A stretch of DNA of 64,000 nt from IMG/VR virus record IMGVR_UViG_3300045049_000270. The stretch is one strand, 5' to 3'. Numbering within the stretch: position 1 is the first letter of the stretch; each line of letters begins with the position of its first letter. The stretch comes from a virus. Its lineage: Duplodnaviria; Heunggongvirae; Uroviricota; Caudoviricetes. Shown here in pieces: positions 1 to 9,746 of the stretch. Below the pieces are notes generated by a model. The model did no database searches, was not told the DNA's origin, and saw nothing but the letters and a program-made list of their open reading frames with translations. The position numbers and the translations under genes are program-made.

Positions 1-178
1 TATCCTGTTCACTGCGCAGTAGCTCAACCATGATGAGTGCGCTCTTCAACCCGTCCAGGCGCCGTATACGCATGCCCGTCTTCAATGTGTCGAAAACGCG
101 CTGGTGATAGCTATATTCACCATCTATATGAGGTGACGCTCCATTTACAAGAATGTTAAAGCAGTGATCGATAATCAT
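1..178 (-). CDS. hypothetical protein, 5' part only (runs off window start)
   Basis: Manually translated open frame from ATG at 178 (MIIDHCFNILVNGASPHIDGEYSYHQRVFDTLKTG...) to the window edge; not in the ORF track because it is truncated. Confidence 0.4.
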   Translation of the reverse strand, partial: MIIDHCFNILVNGASPHIDGEYSYHQRVFDTLKTGMRIRRLDGLKSALIMVELLRSEQD

Positions 179-364
179 TTCAAGTTGCGCAGCCAGACAG
201 CGCTTGCGTCTTGTCAATTAGCGAAACTTCCGCGTTGTTCGCACTGTACATACGTTCACGCTGTATTGCAATGCAGCGAAAACGCTAAAACCTTCGTACC
301 ACTAACAATTTATGAATTTTTAAGCATTTATGGGCCGACCACTTTTAGGCAAAAAAGCCTTTAA

Positions 365-377
365 AATCAATGACTTA
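365..377 (+). promoter_or_regulatory. IHF-consensus site AATCAATGACTTA
   Basis: Exact match to the IHF consensus WATCAANNNNTTR in an intergenic region. Confidence 0.45.
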
Positions 378-607
378 TGATCCAAATGATCGATGAATCA
401 AGTATTGAATTCCTGTACGCCTATACAGTGTTGCGGCAACCATACGAACTTGCAACACTTTGTTAATGGTCAAACCTTGTCACTGCAGAAACACCACTTC
501 CATGAAGCAAGAATAGTAACCGTATTGAATATCGTATGTGCGACACCGCACGTTAAATGAAGTGACTGTAATTTTCGATAAAAATTACACAGATGAAGTA
601 AAACACG

Positions 608-635
608 AAAGAAGGGCCCATTTGGGCCCTTCTTT
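608..635. terminator. bidirectional intrinsic terminator
   Basis: AAAGAAGGGCCCA-TT-TGGGCCCTTCTTT hairpin just downstream of the minus-strand 660..896 gene. Confidence 0.8.
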
Positions 636-659
636 TAAGTGCTTACTAAGTTACAGTAA

Positions 660-896
660 TTAAACTGCTCGAGCTTTCGCAATTTCATAATGAACAATGC
701 GATTGCTCTGGCCGTATTTTGTTACTACCCCTTTCAAAGCCAAATTTGTGAGATGTTCACTCAGAGTGTGTTGGCGAATACCAAGCTTGCGAGCCAATGA
801 AGCTTGCGTTGGTGCAACACCAGCCTTGCGTTGCTCCTTGCGAAGAGCCTTGACGATTTGATGTTGACGATCGGTAAGAATAACTGATTTTGCCAT
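660..896 (-). CDS. stand-alone LexA-type winged-HTH DNA-binding protein
   Basis: LTDRQHQIV...GVAPTQASLARKLGI...LSEHLTNLALKGVV follows the LexA N-terminal pattern (LTxRQ..., GxPPTxxEIA...LG, HLxxLxxKG); no S24 peptidase domain. Confidence 0.7.
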   Translation of the reverse strand: MAKSVILTDRQHQIVKALRKEQRKAGVAPTQASLARKLGIRQHTLSEHLTNLALKGVVTKYGQSNRIVHYEIAKARAV

Positions 897-969
897 TTTA
901 ATGATTCCTTATGATTGTTATTTTGAACTACATCCGGAACTTCTTGTTGTTTTAATGTTCCGCGAAGCC

Positions 970-998
970 ATTGTGCAACCACATAGAAATCACGTCAA
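970..998 (-). promoter_or_regulatory. sigma70-like early promoter TTGACG-17-CACAAT
   Basis: Read on the minus strand upstream of the 660..896 gene. Confidence 0.55.
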
Positions 999-1015
999 AA
1001 TTATTTTTCTATCAA

Positions 1016-1324
1016 TTATGAAGCATCTTCATTAACACGCATTCTTGCTTCTTCATCTTCAGCGCGTCTTTTCGCTAAAAGCTGCTCTTCACTGTAGACC
1101 GGCAAATTTTTCATCACTAAGAAAGTTGATGAACCGGTTTGGTGGTGAAATTTTGTATCATGTCCGTACTTTTCAATAAGTTGTTCAATTAACACATGAA
1201 GATCAAATAGCGGTTGGTTTAAAAATTGATAAAGCCACACATGATCAATACATCGCCATTCATATCCTATTGGAGTCATATCAACACCATATAGCATTTG
1301 TGGTTCTACCATTATTTCACCCAA
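1016..1324 (-). CDS. hypothetical protein (start may be ATG at 1312)
   Basis: 102-aa ORF coupled to the stop of the upstream phosphatase gene. Confidence 0.65.
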   Translation of the reverse strand: MGEIMVEPQMLYGVDMTPIGYEWRCIDHVWLYQFLNQPLFDLHVLIEQLIEKYGHDTKFHHQTGSSTFLVMKNLPVYSEEQLLAKRRAEDEEARMRVNEDAS

Positions 1325-1935
1325 GCGAACTTATTTTCTTCGATATATTGAAAAATATGCGGAACTGAATTTTTCGCATCAAGTTCCGGCATCTTAGCTG
1401 CTGAACCAACTTCAATATGCGATAGTAGAGCCCGCATAACATAAAAGTGGTTAACACAAAGAACGTTCTGTCCCGCCGCCAGCTTTGGCAGTATTACAGA
1501 ATTGAAGAATGGAATCACTCGATCATAAACCTGCTGTTGAGTCTCACCGATTGCTGGATCACCAGGTACAGTGTCCAGATGATCATCCCAACCTTGGATC
1601 ACACCACCACCGTACATTTCTTTCAATGTAGCAGTTGGTACATATTCCGTGAAACCATACTGCCGTTCACGAAGGTCAGCATAGGTTAAAACTTCAATTG
1701 GTGGATGGTTTGCACCACTAAGGAAAGCGGCGGCTGTGAGATATGTGCGGGGATATGTTGAACAGCACGCGAAATCAAATTTGATATGACCATAAAGAGC
1801 GCTAAATTCTTGCCCAGCCGTCAAAGTGTCCTGAAACCCCTTTGGAGTAAGGAAGTTCGTTTCGTTTGGGGCAGCTTTGTGAGCTTTCGAGTTGGTATAA
1901 CTCTGTCCGTGTCGTAAAATTACTAGTTTTGCCAT
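1312..1935 (-). CDS. histidine phosphatase / phosphoglycerate mutase family protein
   Basis: LVILRHGQS catalytic motif, LTPKG, STYPRT, LRERQYG, GET, NVLCVNH. Confidence 0.9.
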   Translation of the reverse strand: MAKLVILRHGQSYTNSKAHKAAPNETNFLTPKGFQDTLTAGQEFSALYGHIKFDFACCSTYPRTYLTAAAFLSGANHPPIEVLTYADLRERQYGFTEYVPTATLKEMYGGGVIQGWDDHLDTVPGDPAIGETQQQVYDRVIPFFNSVILPKLAAGQNVLCVNHFYVMRALLSHIEVGSAAKMPELDAKNSVPHIFQYIEENKFAWVK

Positions 1936-2018
1936 TTTTTGTCCTTTTTATCTGGCAAGTATAAAGCTTTTCACATATTCATGCAACAACCGCCATTCAT
2001 ATTGGTAAATATACTCCT

Positions 2019-2459
2019 CTACAAAACGTCAGAAAATGTAACTTTGAATTGCAATGCTAGTACTTCGTCTTCAATGTGAATTATCCGACCGACATTCAGT
2101 CTACCGTCATCGGCATAGTAATCCATATATGACAGATATTCGAAACCTTCGCCTTCGCAAACAGTTGACGATTCAAATATAAGACTAATGCTTGGATTCA
2201 TTACTCCTTCTTTCATCAGAAGTAAATCATCTTTCGGCAAAGAATTCAAGAAACGGTTGTTGATGATTTCTGAAGGGAGTGAGCATCGATCAACCCATGT
2301 CATATAACCTGACTTAGTTTGGAGTTTTATTGCGCAAAGTCCAAACATTTCACGAAACCAACAAAGCATTTCATCTTGTTTTTTGAACGGAGATCGCATT
2401 TGAAGAAGCTTTGATCCACTAGTCGTGCATGAAAAATCACGTACAAAAAAGCGAGCCAT
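2019..2459 (-). CDS. hypothetical protein, FKL-motif family
   Basis: 146-aa ORF ending IHIEDEVLALQFKVTF; own promoter and GAGG SD. Confidence 0.7.
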   Translation of the reverse strand: MARFFVRDFSCTTSGSKLLQMRSPFKKQDEMLCWFREMFGLCAIKLQTKSGYMTWVDRCSLPSEIINNRFLNSLPKDDLLLMKEGVMNPSISLIFESSTVCEGEGFEYLSYMDYYADDGRLNVGRIIHIEDEVLALQFKVTFSDVL

Positions 2460-2489
2460 GACGTTACCTCTTGAAGCCTAGATATCTAA

Positions 2490-2518
2490 ATGATATATTC
2501 ACCTGTCATGTTAGTCAA
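2490..2518 (-). promoter_or_regulatory. sigma70-like promoter TTGACT-17-TATCAT
   Basis: Minus strand, about 30 nt upstream of the start at 2459. Confidence 0.65.
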
Positions 2519-2562
2519 CGCATTAGTTTCATTATAGAGTAAAAGGTGGCAACTGAACTCCT

Positions 2563-2570
2563 TATAAATA
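2563..2570 (+). promoter_or_regulatory. T4-late-like promoter TATAAATA
   Basis: 25 nt before the 2596 start; the same motif recurs before most structural genes. Confidence 0.7.
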
Positions 2571-2595
2571 TCACGATAAGATTCAGGGGTTCTAT

Positions 2596-5500
2596 ATGCC
2601 AACAATCAAAGATGGACAGATTCAGCCAGAGACTGGTAAAATCACGTATCCAGATTCAGCTACAAACGATGCAGCGTCAACAAATTCTGCATCAAGCTCA
2701 TCGAACAGTAGTGATACTAATTCTTCTACTAGTTCGAGAGCAGCGACTGATTCCAACACAATCATGTCGGTCACTGGTTTCAATATTTCAAATGAGGGCG
2801 GTGAGGGAATTCTTGCTTATGTAAACGGTGGAGAAACTACTACATTTGCATTTAAATCTTTGGCAGCTGGCACTGGCATCGCCCTTACTGCTGATGGTTC
2901 ATCAATTACAATATCTTCTACCGTGACTGGGTCCGCCGGTGATATTCTTCCAGTGATTTATGGCGGTACTGGAGTGACTAGCATGCCAGCAAATGCGCTA
3001 TTGCTAGGTAATAATACAAGCCAGATTAATTTCGTTAATGCTCCTAGTACCAACGGTCAATTTCTAACCTTTGACGGTTCAAACATTAAATGGGGTTCAA
3101 TCACCGCATCAAATGTTTCTGGATTGGCCACTGTTGCAACTTCTGGTAGCTACAATGATCTAGCCAATCAACCCCTACTTTCAACTGTTGCACATACTGG
3201 TTCTTACACTGATCTGACAAATACCCCAGTGTTGTCGGTTGTAGCAACAAGTGGATCTTATAACGATTTATTGAATAAACCAAATCTGGCGAAGGTTGCC
3301 ACATCAGGAGTTTATACCGATCTAACTGGTACTCCGGTTCTTGCAACAGTGGCCACCACCGGAAAATATAGTGATTTGACGGGAACTCCAGTATTGGCAA
3401 CCGTAGCAACAACTGGTTCATATACTGATCTTATCAACACACCAACGCCACCAACTCCATATACTTTGCCTATTGCTTCGGCAACAGTGCTTGGTGGTGT
3501 CAAAGTTAGCAGTGATTTCTCAATTTCTTCGGATGGTACTATTTCAATCCCAGCCGGTCTTGGTAGTGTCAAGTCGGTGGCATTGAATATGCCATCAATT
3601 TTCGCAGTATCAGGTTCGCCAGTTACGACCACCGGTACTTTGACTGCCGTTCTGTTGGGCCAGAATGCAAATACTTTCTTCTCGGGGCCCGCAACTGGTT
3701 CGGCAGATATCCCTACATTCCGAAAAATTGAAGGTGTAGACCTACCACCAGCAACAACATCATCATTGGGTGCGATTATTGTTGGCCCAGGATTGAATGT
3801 CGATATTTCTGGTAATTTGAGTACTGATGTTTACTCATTTATGGGTAGAACAGGTGCAATCGTGTTGCAATCAGGTGACATGGTTGATAAGAATGGTAAC
3901 TTTATTCTAGCGTCACCATCATTTGTTGGAATGCCAACTGCGCCAACACCTGCTACGACCGATAATTCTACTACATTGGCAACAACTGCATTCGTTAAGA
4001 ATGCATTGACTGCATTCAATATTCCACCCGCAACCATTTCAACCATTGGTGGTGTAATTGTTGGTTCTGGTTTGACCGTTGATAGTTCAGGCAATTTGAG
4101 TGCTAATGTCACAAAGTTCATGGGTAGAACAGGTGCCATTACATTACAACCAGCCGACTTGCAGAATCAAAACACAGGTAATTTTTTGCTTGATTCTCCA
4201 ATATTCACCGGAGCACCACAAGCACCAACGACAACAATTACCGATAATTCCAACAATATTGCGACAACATCATTTGTACATTCGTTGGTAAATGCATCAG
4301 GAGTTTCATCTTTTAATGGTAGAACTGGAGTTGTTACGTTCACATCAGCTGATTTGACAAATGCTGGGGGCGCTCCAATCAATAGTCCTGTATTCGTTGG
4401 CAATCCAACTGCCCCAACATTAGCAATTTCTGACAGCACTACTTCCCTTGCGACAACAGCATTCGTTCATAATTTGGTTAATGCATCGGGAGTTTCGACC
4501 TTTAATGGACGTTCTGGCACTGTAACTTTGCAAGCATCTGACTTGCAAACAAGTGGTGGTGCATTTCTGCTTGATTCACCAGTAATTACTGGTACCCCTA
4601 CTGCATCAACGGCCGCAACAGGTACAAATAGTAGCCAACTTGCAACCACGGCATTTGTTCAGAATACCTTAAATTCGGTTGCAGTTACAAGCGTGGCAGG
4701 TAAAACTGGGGCAGTCACCTTGTCATACACTGACATTGCTGGTGCCGCCCCAATTGATAGCCCAGTGTTTACTGGTTTACCATCAATTGACGGACATACT
4801 CCGTTCTTAATTGATGATATTGGTAATACATTAGCTACCACATCTTGGGTCTATCAAGCGCTTGCTGGTGCATCAGTGGTGAATATCGTTACTTATCCAG
4901 CTATTCCAGCAAAATACTATAACATGCCGATTATGACTTTGGTCGGCACTGTTAATACAGGTCCATATACAGTAACCCTACCAAGTACAGGTAAATGGAC
5001 AATTATTAATAATGCTGGCCCAGCTATTATCACATTGAGTTGTGGTACTGGTCAAACTCTAGATTTAGTTGGTGGCGGTATTTACGAAATTATTGCTGAT
5101 GGTGGTATCTATTTCGCAAACGAAATGGGTGTTACTCGTCCATTCAACGATAGCACCAAGTATCTGGCTACTACCGAATTCGTTGCAACCGCCATTGGCA
5201 GTTTGGCAACTGGTGTAACATCGTTCAACACTCGTACTGGTGCGATCATATTTCAAGCATCAGACATGCAAGCTACGGATGGCACGTTCCTGCTGTCATC
5301 ACCACAATTCACAGGAACTCCAACCGCCCCAACTCCCCCTGCAGGTACGAATACATCACAAATTGCTACCACAGCATTTGTTGCTAATTCGTTCGCTCCA
5401 TTAGCAAGCCCAGCATTGACAGGAACGCCAACGGCGCCTACTGCTGCCCAAGGTGATAATTCATCAACGATTGCTACTACATCGTTTGTTAATCGTTTCA

Positions 5501-7572
5501 TGAGCGGAACGGTGTCAATAAGCGCATCTGCAAATATGACATTGACTGCTGGTCAATATAGTTCTGAAATTATCGAATTTATTGGAGTTATGACTCAATC
5601 CATCGTTGTGACGGTTCCAACGTCAGGACAATGGATGATGTATAACAACACAAGCGGAGCATTTGAAATCACAATTTCAAATGGCTCGGGCTCGACTTAT
5701 GTGGTGCCACAAAATCAGTCAGCGACAATTATGTCGCTTGGTGCTTTGGGCATAGTAAATGCCAATATTGCCGGGTCAGTGTTTACTCCAGCAACCGCCA
5801 CTACGCTTGGTGGTGTAATTGTTCCAAATGGTGGTGGTATTACTGTTAATTCTAATGGTGATATCTCAATAGCACCAGGAACAGCATCTGCTCTGGGTGG
5901 AGTAAAACAAGGATCTGGTGTAACAATTGCAGGCGATGGTACACTGAGTGCGAATGTTACGTCAGTAGCTGGTAGAACAGGTGCGGTTGTTTTAACAGTA
6001 TCTGATGTAAGTGGGGCAGCTCCACTAGCAAGTCCAACATTTACTGGTGTACCAGTTGCACCAACAGCATCATCAGGTACGAATAATACACAGATTGCTA
6101 CAACTGGTTATGTTCAGAATGCTACACAAGGATTCCAATCAGTGACTGTGGCATCAGGAACGGTAGTATTGACTTCAGCACAATATTCGGTCCCGGTTAT
6201 CGTTCTGACTGGTACATTAACTGCCAATACTACCGTTCAATTTCCAACATCTGGTGCATGGTTAGTATATGTTACTGCAACCTTGGGGAGTTTCACACTG
6301 ACACTAACAAATACTGTTGGCGCCACATTAAATGTGGCTTCAAACACAGTTTATGACGTGTTATCTAATTCTTCAGCTGGTATGATACTGGTGTCATCAA
6401 CCAACAGTGTGACATCATTCAACGGCCGTACAGGCATTGTTACATTAACAACGGCTGACATTACAGGAGCTGGTGGCGCTCCAATTGCATCACCAACATT
6501 TACCGGGGCCGTAACTCTACCTGCACCACCATCGTATACGGCAAATGACTTGCATGCGGCAACAACCAATTTTGCATATCAAGCAGGTCAAGGTGTTGAA
6601 CGTATTGATATTACTGGTTTAGTATCAACCCAATCGTTCGCATTAACACCTGAACAATATCGCTATCCAATTATTGAAATTTTTGGTAATCCAAATAGTA
6701 CTGGTGTGACATTAACTTTCCCATCTAACGGCCATTGGTGGGTATATTGCAATACAAATAATGGCATAGGATGGACTGCAAATGTTCAATGTGCAACTGG
6801 TCCATCTTATACGTTGGCGGTTGGACAATGGTATGAATTTGTTGCCGATAGTGGCGCAGGTACTGGTTTGCTCCTTTTGTCGCAATCGTCTGGGAATGGC
6901 CCAAATGGCGTGCAATCATTCAATGGTCGGACCGGGGTGGTTACTTTGTCTGGTACTGATATTACGAATGCTGGCGGAGCGTTATTAGCATCACCAGCAT
7001 TTACAGGAACACCTACCGCTCCAACTGCGACTACTGGTACTAATACTACTCAATTAGCTACTACAGCATTTGTCACAACGGCAACAACAGGATTGGCACC
7101 ATTAGCATCACCAGCCTTTACTGGTACACCAACAGCGCCGACAGCAACGGCTGGTACCAATACCACCCAGTTGGCAACAACCGCATTTGTAACATCATCA
7201 TATGCTCCACTCGCATCACCCACATTTACTGGTAGAGCGCAAATTCCAGCTTCGACCTTTACTGTGACAAATCTCGGTAATGTATCTGGTACCGTAACTA
7301 TGGATTTGACTACAGCATCAGAATGGGCAATGACAATTACTGGTGCAACAACAATTGCATTTAGCAATCCACCAAATGCTGGTATGTCAGAAGTGATTTA
7401 TTTACGCATTACAAATGGTGGTTCATCGACTATTACTTGGCCAGCAAGTACTAAATTTGCTGCTGCAACTGCACCAACATTAACTGCTAGTGGTATGGAT
7501 ATGTTAGGTGTAGCGTATGATTCAGTAACATCAACATATATGGTATTCGTCATTGGTCTGAATATTGGTTAA
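2596..7572 (+). CDS. long tail fibre / virion appendage protein (1658 aa)
   Basis: Many SPxFTGTPTAPT...TTQLATTAFV, VxSFNGRTGxVTL and LATVATSGSYTDL phage fibre repeats; C-terminal domain shared with 7664..9064. Confidence 0.85.
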   Translation: MPTIKDGQIQPETGKITYPDSATNDAASTNSASSSSNSSDTNSSTSSRAATDSNTIMSVTGFNISNEGGEGILAYVNGGETTTFAFKSLAAGTGIALTADGSSITISSTVTGSAGDILPVIYGGTGVTSMPANALLLGNNTSQINFVNAPSTNGQFLTFDGSNIKWGSITASNVSGLATVATSGSYNDLANQPLLSTVAHTGSYTDLTNTPVLSVVATSGSYNDLLNKPNLAKVATSGVYTDLTGTPVLATVATTGKYSDLTGTPVLATVATTGSYTDLINTPTPPTPYTLPIASATVLGGVKVSSDFSISSDGTISIPAGLGSVKSVALNMPSIFAVSGSPVTTTGTLTAVLLGQNANTFFSGPATGSADIPTFRKIEGVDLPPATTSSLGAIIVGPGLNVDISGNLSTDVYSFMGRTGAIVLQSGDMVDKNGNFILASPSFVGMPTAPTPATTDNSTTLATTAFVKNALTAFNIPPATISTIGGVIVGSGLTVDSSGNLSANVTKFMGRTGAITLQPADLQNQNTGNFLLDSPIFTGAPQAPTTTITDNSNNIATTSFVHSLVNASGVSSFNGRTGVVTFTSADLTNAGGAPINSPVFVGNPTAPTLAISDSTTSLATTAFVHNLVNASGVSTFNGRSGTVTLQASDLQTSGGAFLLDSPVITGTPTASTAATGTNSSQLATTAFVQNTLNSVAVTSVAGKTGAVTLSYTDIAGAAPIDSPVFTGLPSIDGHTPFLIDDIGNTLATTSWVYQALAGASVVNIVTYPAIPAKYYNMPIMTLVGTVNTGPYTVTLPSTGKWTIINNAGPAIITLSCGTGQTLDLVGGGIYEIIADGGIYFANEMGVTRPFNDSTKYLATTEFVATAIGSLATGVTSFNTRTGAIIFQASDMQATDGTFLLSSPQFTGTPTAPTPPAGTNTSQIATTAFVANSFAPLASPALTGTPTAPTAAQGDNSSTIATTSFVNRFMSGTVSISASANMTLTAGQYSSEIIEFIGVMTQSIVVTVPTSGQWMMYNNTSGAFEITISNGSGSTYVVPQNQSATIMSLGALGIVNANIAGSVFTPATATTLGGVIVPNGGGITVNSNGDISIAPGTASALGGVKQGSGVTIAGDGTLSANVTSVAGRTGAVVLTVSDVSGAAPLASPTFTGVPVAPTASSGTNNTQIATTGYVQNATQGFQSVTVASGTVVLTSAQYSVPVIVLTGTLTANTTVQFPTSGAWLVYVTATLGSFTLTLTNTVGATLNVASNTVYDVLSNSSAGMILVSSTNSVTSFNGRTGIVTLTTADITGAGGAPIASPTFTGAVTLPAPPSYTANDLHAATTNFAYQAGQGVERIDITGLVSTQSFALTPEQYRYPIIEIFGNPNSTGVTLTFPSNGHWWVYCNTNNGIGWTANVQCATGPSYTLAVGQWYEFVADSGAGTGLLLLSQSSGNGPNGVQSFNGRTGVVTLSGTDITNAGGALLASPAFTGTPTAPTATTGTNTTQLATTAFVTTATTGLAPLASPAFTGTPTAPTATAGTNTTQLATTAFVTSSYAPLASPTFTGRAQIPASTFTVTNLGNVSGTVTMDLTTASEWAMTITGATTIAFSNPPNAGMSEVIYLRITNGGSSTITWPASTKFAAATAPTLTASGMDMLGVAYDSVTSTYMVFVIGLNIG

Positions 7573-7663
7573 TTTTAAATAGGGCACGATGTAGAGTGAG
7601 TTTTCTTTCTCTGCATCAGCAATAAATACGGTTTGGTTTATACCAAATCTATTAGGAGAGATT

Positions 7664-9064
7664 ATGGCAACATCATTCTTGGGTCGTGCCCCAAAAAACT
7701 CATATCAGGAAGTCGTTAAAGTCGACAACACTGGTGCGGGTTTCGACACGACTCTTCGTGCAATTGCTGATGGTACAGGTACCGCCAGTCAATTGAAACT
7801 ATCAACTACCACTATTTCTTTAAATGGCCAATTGTGGCCAACATCATTGGGTTCTAATGGTCAATTTTTGACTACCGATGCAAGTGGTAACTTGTCATGG
7901 GGAACCGTTAATTTGAGTTCCTATGCGCCTTTGGCATCACCAGCGTTGACTGGTACACCTACTGCTCCAACCGCAACGACTGGTACTAACACAACACAGA
8001 TTGCAACTACCGCTTTTGTGCAATCGGCAGTAAGTTCATCAGGTGTGTCATCGTTTAATACACGTACTGGCGCAGTAACGTTGCAAGCTTCTGACATTTC
8101 TGGTGTTGGTGGTGCTTTATGGGGTCAACTTCCTATTTCTATTAATGGTTTTGTTAATGCAAATAGTTTCGCATTAACATCATCTCAATATGAATATCAA
8201 GAAATTCAATTTACTGGAACAATTAATGGCAATGTAACCGTTACCTTTCCAACTTCAGGTTCATGGGTAGTAATAGCCAGTTATTCAGATGGTGGGATTG
8301 GTTACCGTGTCACAGCAACTAATGGACAAGGTACATCAATTACTTTGGTTCCGGGTAACACTTATTTCTTTGCATCCGAAGGTTCATCTGGTCTTGTGCA
8401 ACTTGCATCGAATACTGCAACAGTAACTTCGTTTAATACTAGAACTGGTGCGGTAACATTGCAGTCTTCGGACATTACAAGTGCTGGTGGTGCGGTTTTG
8501 GCATCACCTGCATTTACCGGTACACCAACCGCACCTACTGCCGCGCAAAATACCAATACCACGCAACTTGCGACAACTGCTTTTGTATTGGGTCAAGCTT
8601 CTTCAACAACGCCATCAATGGCTGGGACAGCGGCAGTTGGTACAGGTACAACTTTTGCAAGAGCGGATCACGTTCACCCAGTTGACACGTCTCGAGCCTC
8701 CGCATCTTCACCAACAATTACTGGTCGCACACAAAGTGATGCTTATAGCTACACGGTGACGGCACTTGGTTCGGTTTCTGGTACACAGACTTTAAATTTG
8801 GGTATTGCTAGTGAATGGACAATGACAATTGCAGGGGCAACCACAATCGCATTTACAAATACATTGGCAGCAAATACGGGCCAAGTGATTTATTTGCGTA
8901 TTGCCAACGGTGGTTCAGCAACTATAACATGGCCATCTGGTACAAAATTCTCATCTGGCACTGCGCCATCATTGACTACCAGTGGTGTTGATTTATTAGG
9001 TGTAGTATATGATACCACCTCTTCAACATATATGGTTTTTGTGATCGGTCTGAATATTCAATAA
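7664..9064 (+). CDS. tail fibre protein
   Basis: Fibre repeats, FARADHVHP motif; N-terminus shared with 14053, 14878 and 20253; ATAAATA at 7622 and AGGAG SD. Confidence 0.85.
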   Translation: MATSFLGRAPKNSYQEVVKVDNTGAGFDTTLRAIADGTGTASQLKLSTTTISLNGQLWPTSLGSNGQFLTTDASGNLSWGTVNLSSYAPLASPALTGTPTAPTATTGTNTTQIATTAFVQSAVSSSGVSSFNTRTGAVTLQASDISGVGGALWGQLPISINGFVNANSFALTSSQYEYQEIQFTGTINGNVTVTFPTSGSWVVIASYSDGGIGYRVTATNGQGTSITLVPGNTYFFASEGSSGLVQLASNTATVTSFNTRTGAVTLQSSDITSAGGAVLASPAFTGTPTAPTAAQNTNTTQLATTAFVLGQASSTTPSMAGTAAVGTGTTFARADHVHPVDTSRASASSPTITGRTQSDAYSYTVTALGSVSGTQTLNLGIASEWTMTIAGATTIAFTNTLAANTGQVIYLRIANGGSATITWPSGTKFSSGTAPSLTTSGVDLLGVVYDTTSSTYMVFVIGLNIQ

Positions 9065-9076
9065 GGATAATAATAC

Positions 9077-9646
9077 ATGAATTTGATTAATTTGACAACA
9101 ATGACACCAATATCGGAAAGCGAATTTCGTGCCGCCAACCCACACGTGTCATTCCCAGCAGTTCTTCAAGCATCTGATCTTACTGGTTTTAATGTAGCTC
9201 CATTGAACTTCACACCTTGCCCAACTTCTGATTATTCGTCGTTTACTCAAGGTACACCCACACAAAATGCGGATGGTAGCTATTCAACAACTTGGATTCA
9301 ATCAGATTTACCATTGGAGCAAGCGCAAGAAGTTCTGTTGAATAAAGTGGCGGCATATCGTCGTGGAATTGCTTATCAAAATATCACATATAACAACATT
9401 TCAATTCCAGTTGATACCGATGTTATGACTATTTTGAATGTGGTTGCTTCTGGTACACAAACTATTAACTTCAAAGGTAGCAATGGTTGGCTAAGTATGG
9501 CACCTAGTGATGCCAAAGCTTTAATAGCTCAGATTCAAACACAGGTTCAAAATGCATTCACAAACGAAAAGAACCATCATGATGCAATTATGGCGTTGAC
9601 TACCGTTGCGCAAGTTCAAAGTTATGATTTTTCAACTGGCTGGTAA
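9077..9646 (+). CDS. putative tail fibre assembly chaperone (DUF4376-like C-terminus)
   Basis: Directly follows a fibre gene; FRAANPHVSFP start, INFKGSNGW...QVQNAFTNE...YDFSTGW end typical of such proteins. Confidence 0.65.
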   Translation: MNLINLTTMTPISESEFRAANPHVSFPAVLQASDLTGFNVAPLNFTPCPTSDYSSFTQGTPTQNADGSYSTTWIQSDLPLEQAQEVLLNKVAAYRRGIAYQNITYNNISIPVDTDVMTILNVVASGTQTINFKGSNGWLSMAPSDAKALIAQIQTQVQNAFTNEKNHHDAIMALTTVAQVQSYDFSTGW

Positions 9647-9663
9647 TCGACTTAAAAGAGATG

Positions 9664-9689
9664 AAAAAAGCCCCAATTGGGGCTTTTTT
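9664..9689. terminator. intrinsic terminator
   Basis: AAAAAAGCCCCAATTGGGGCTTTTTT. Confidence 0.8.
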
Positions 9690-9746
9690 CAATTCCAATA
9701 AATATCAACATTAATCTAAATCAACATTGGGTTTAAGAGAAAGACA

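Noticed and set aside
164-364. 66-aa plus-strand ORF
   Set aside because: No SD, overlaps the start of a more plausible minus-strand gene, no recognisable motif
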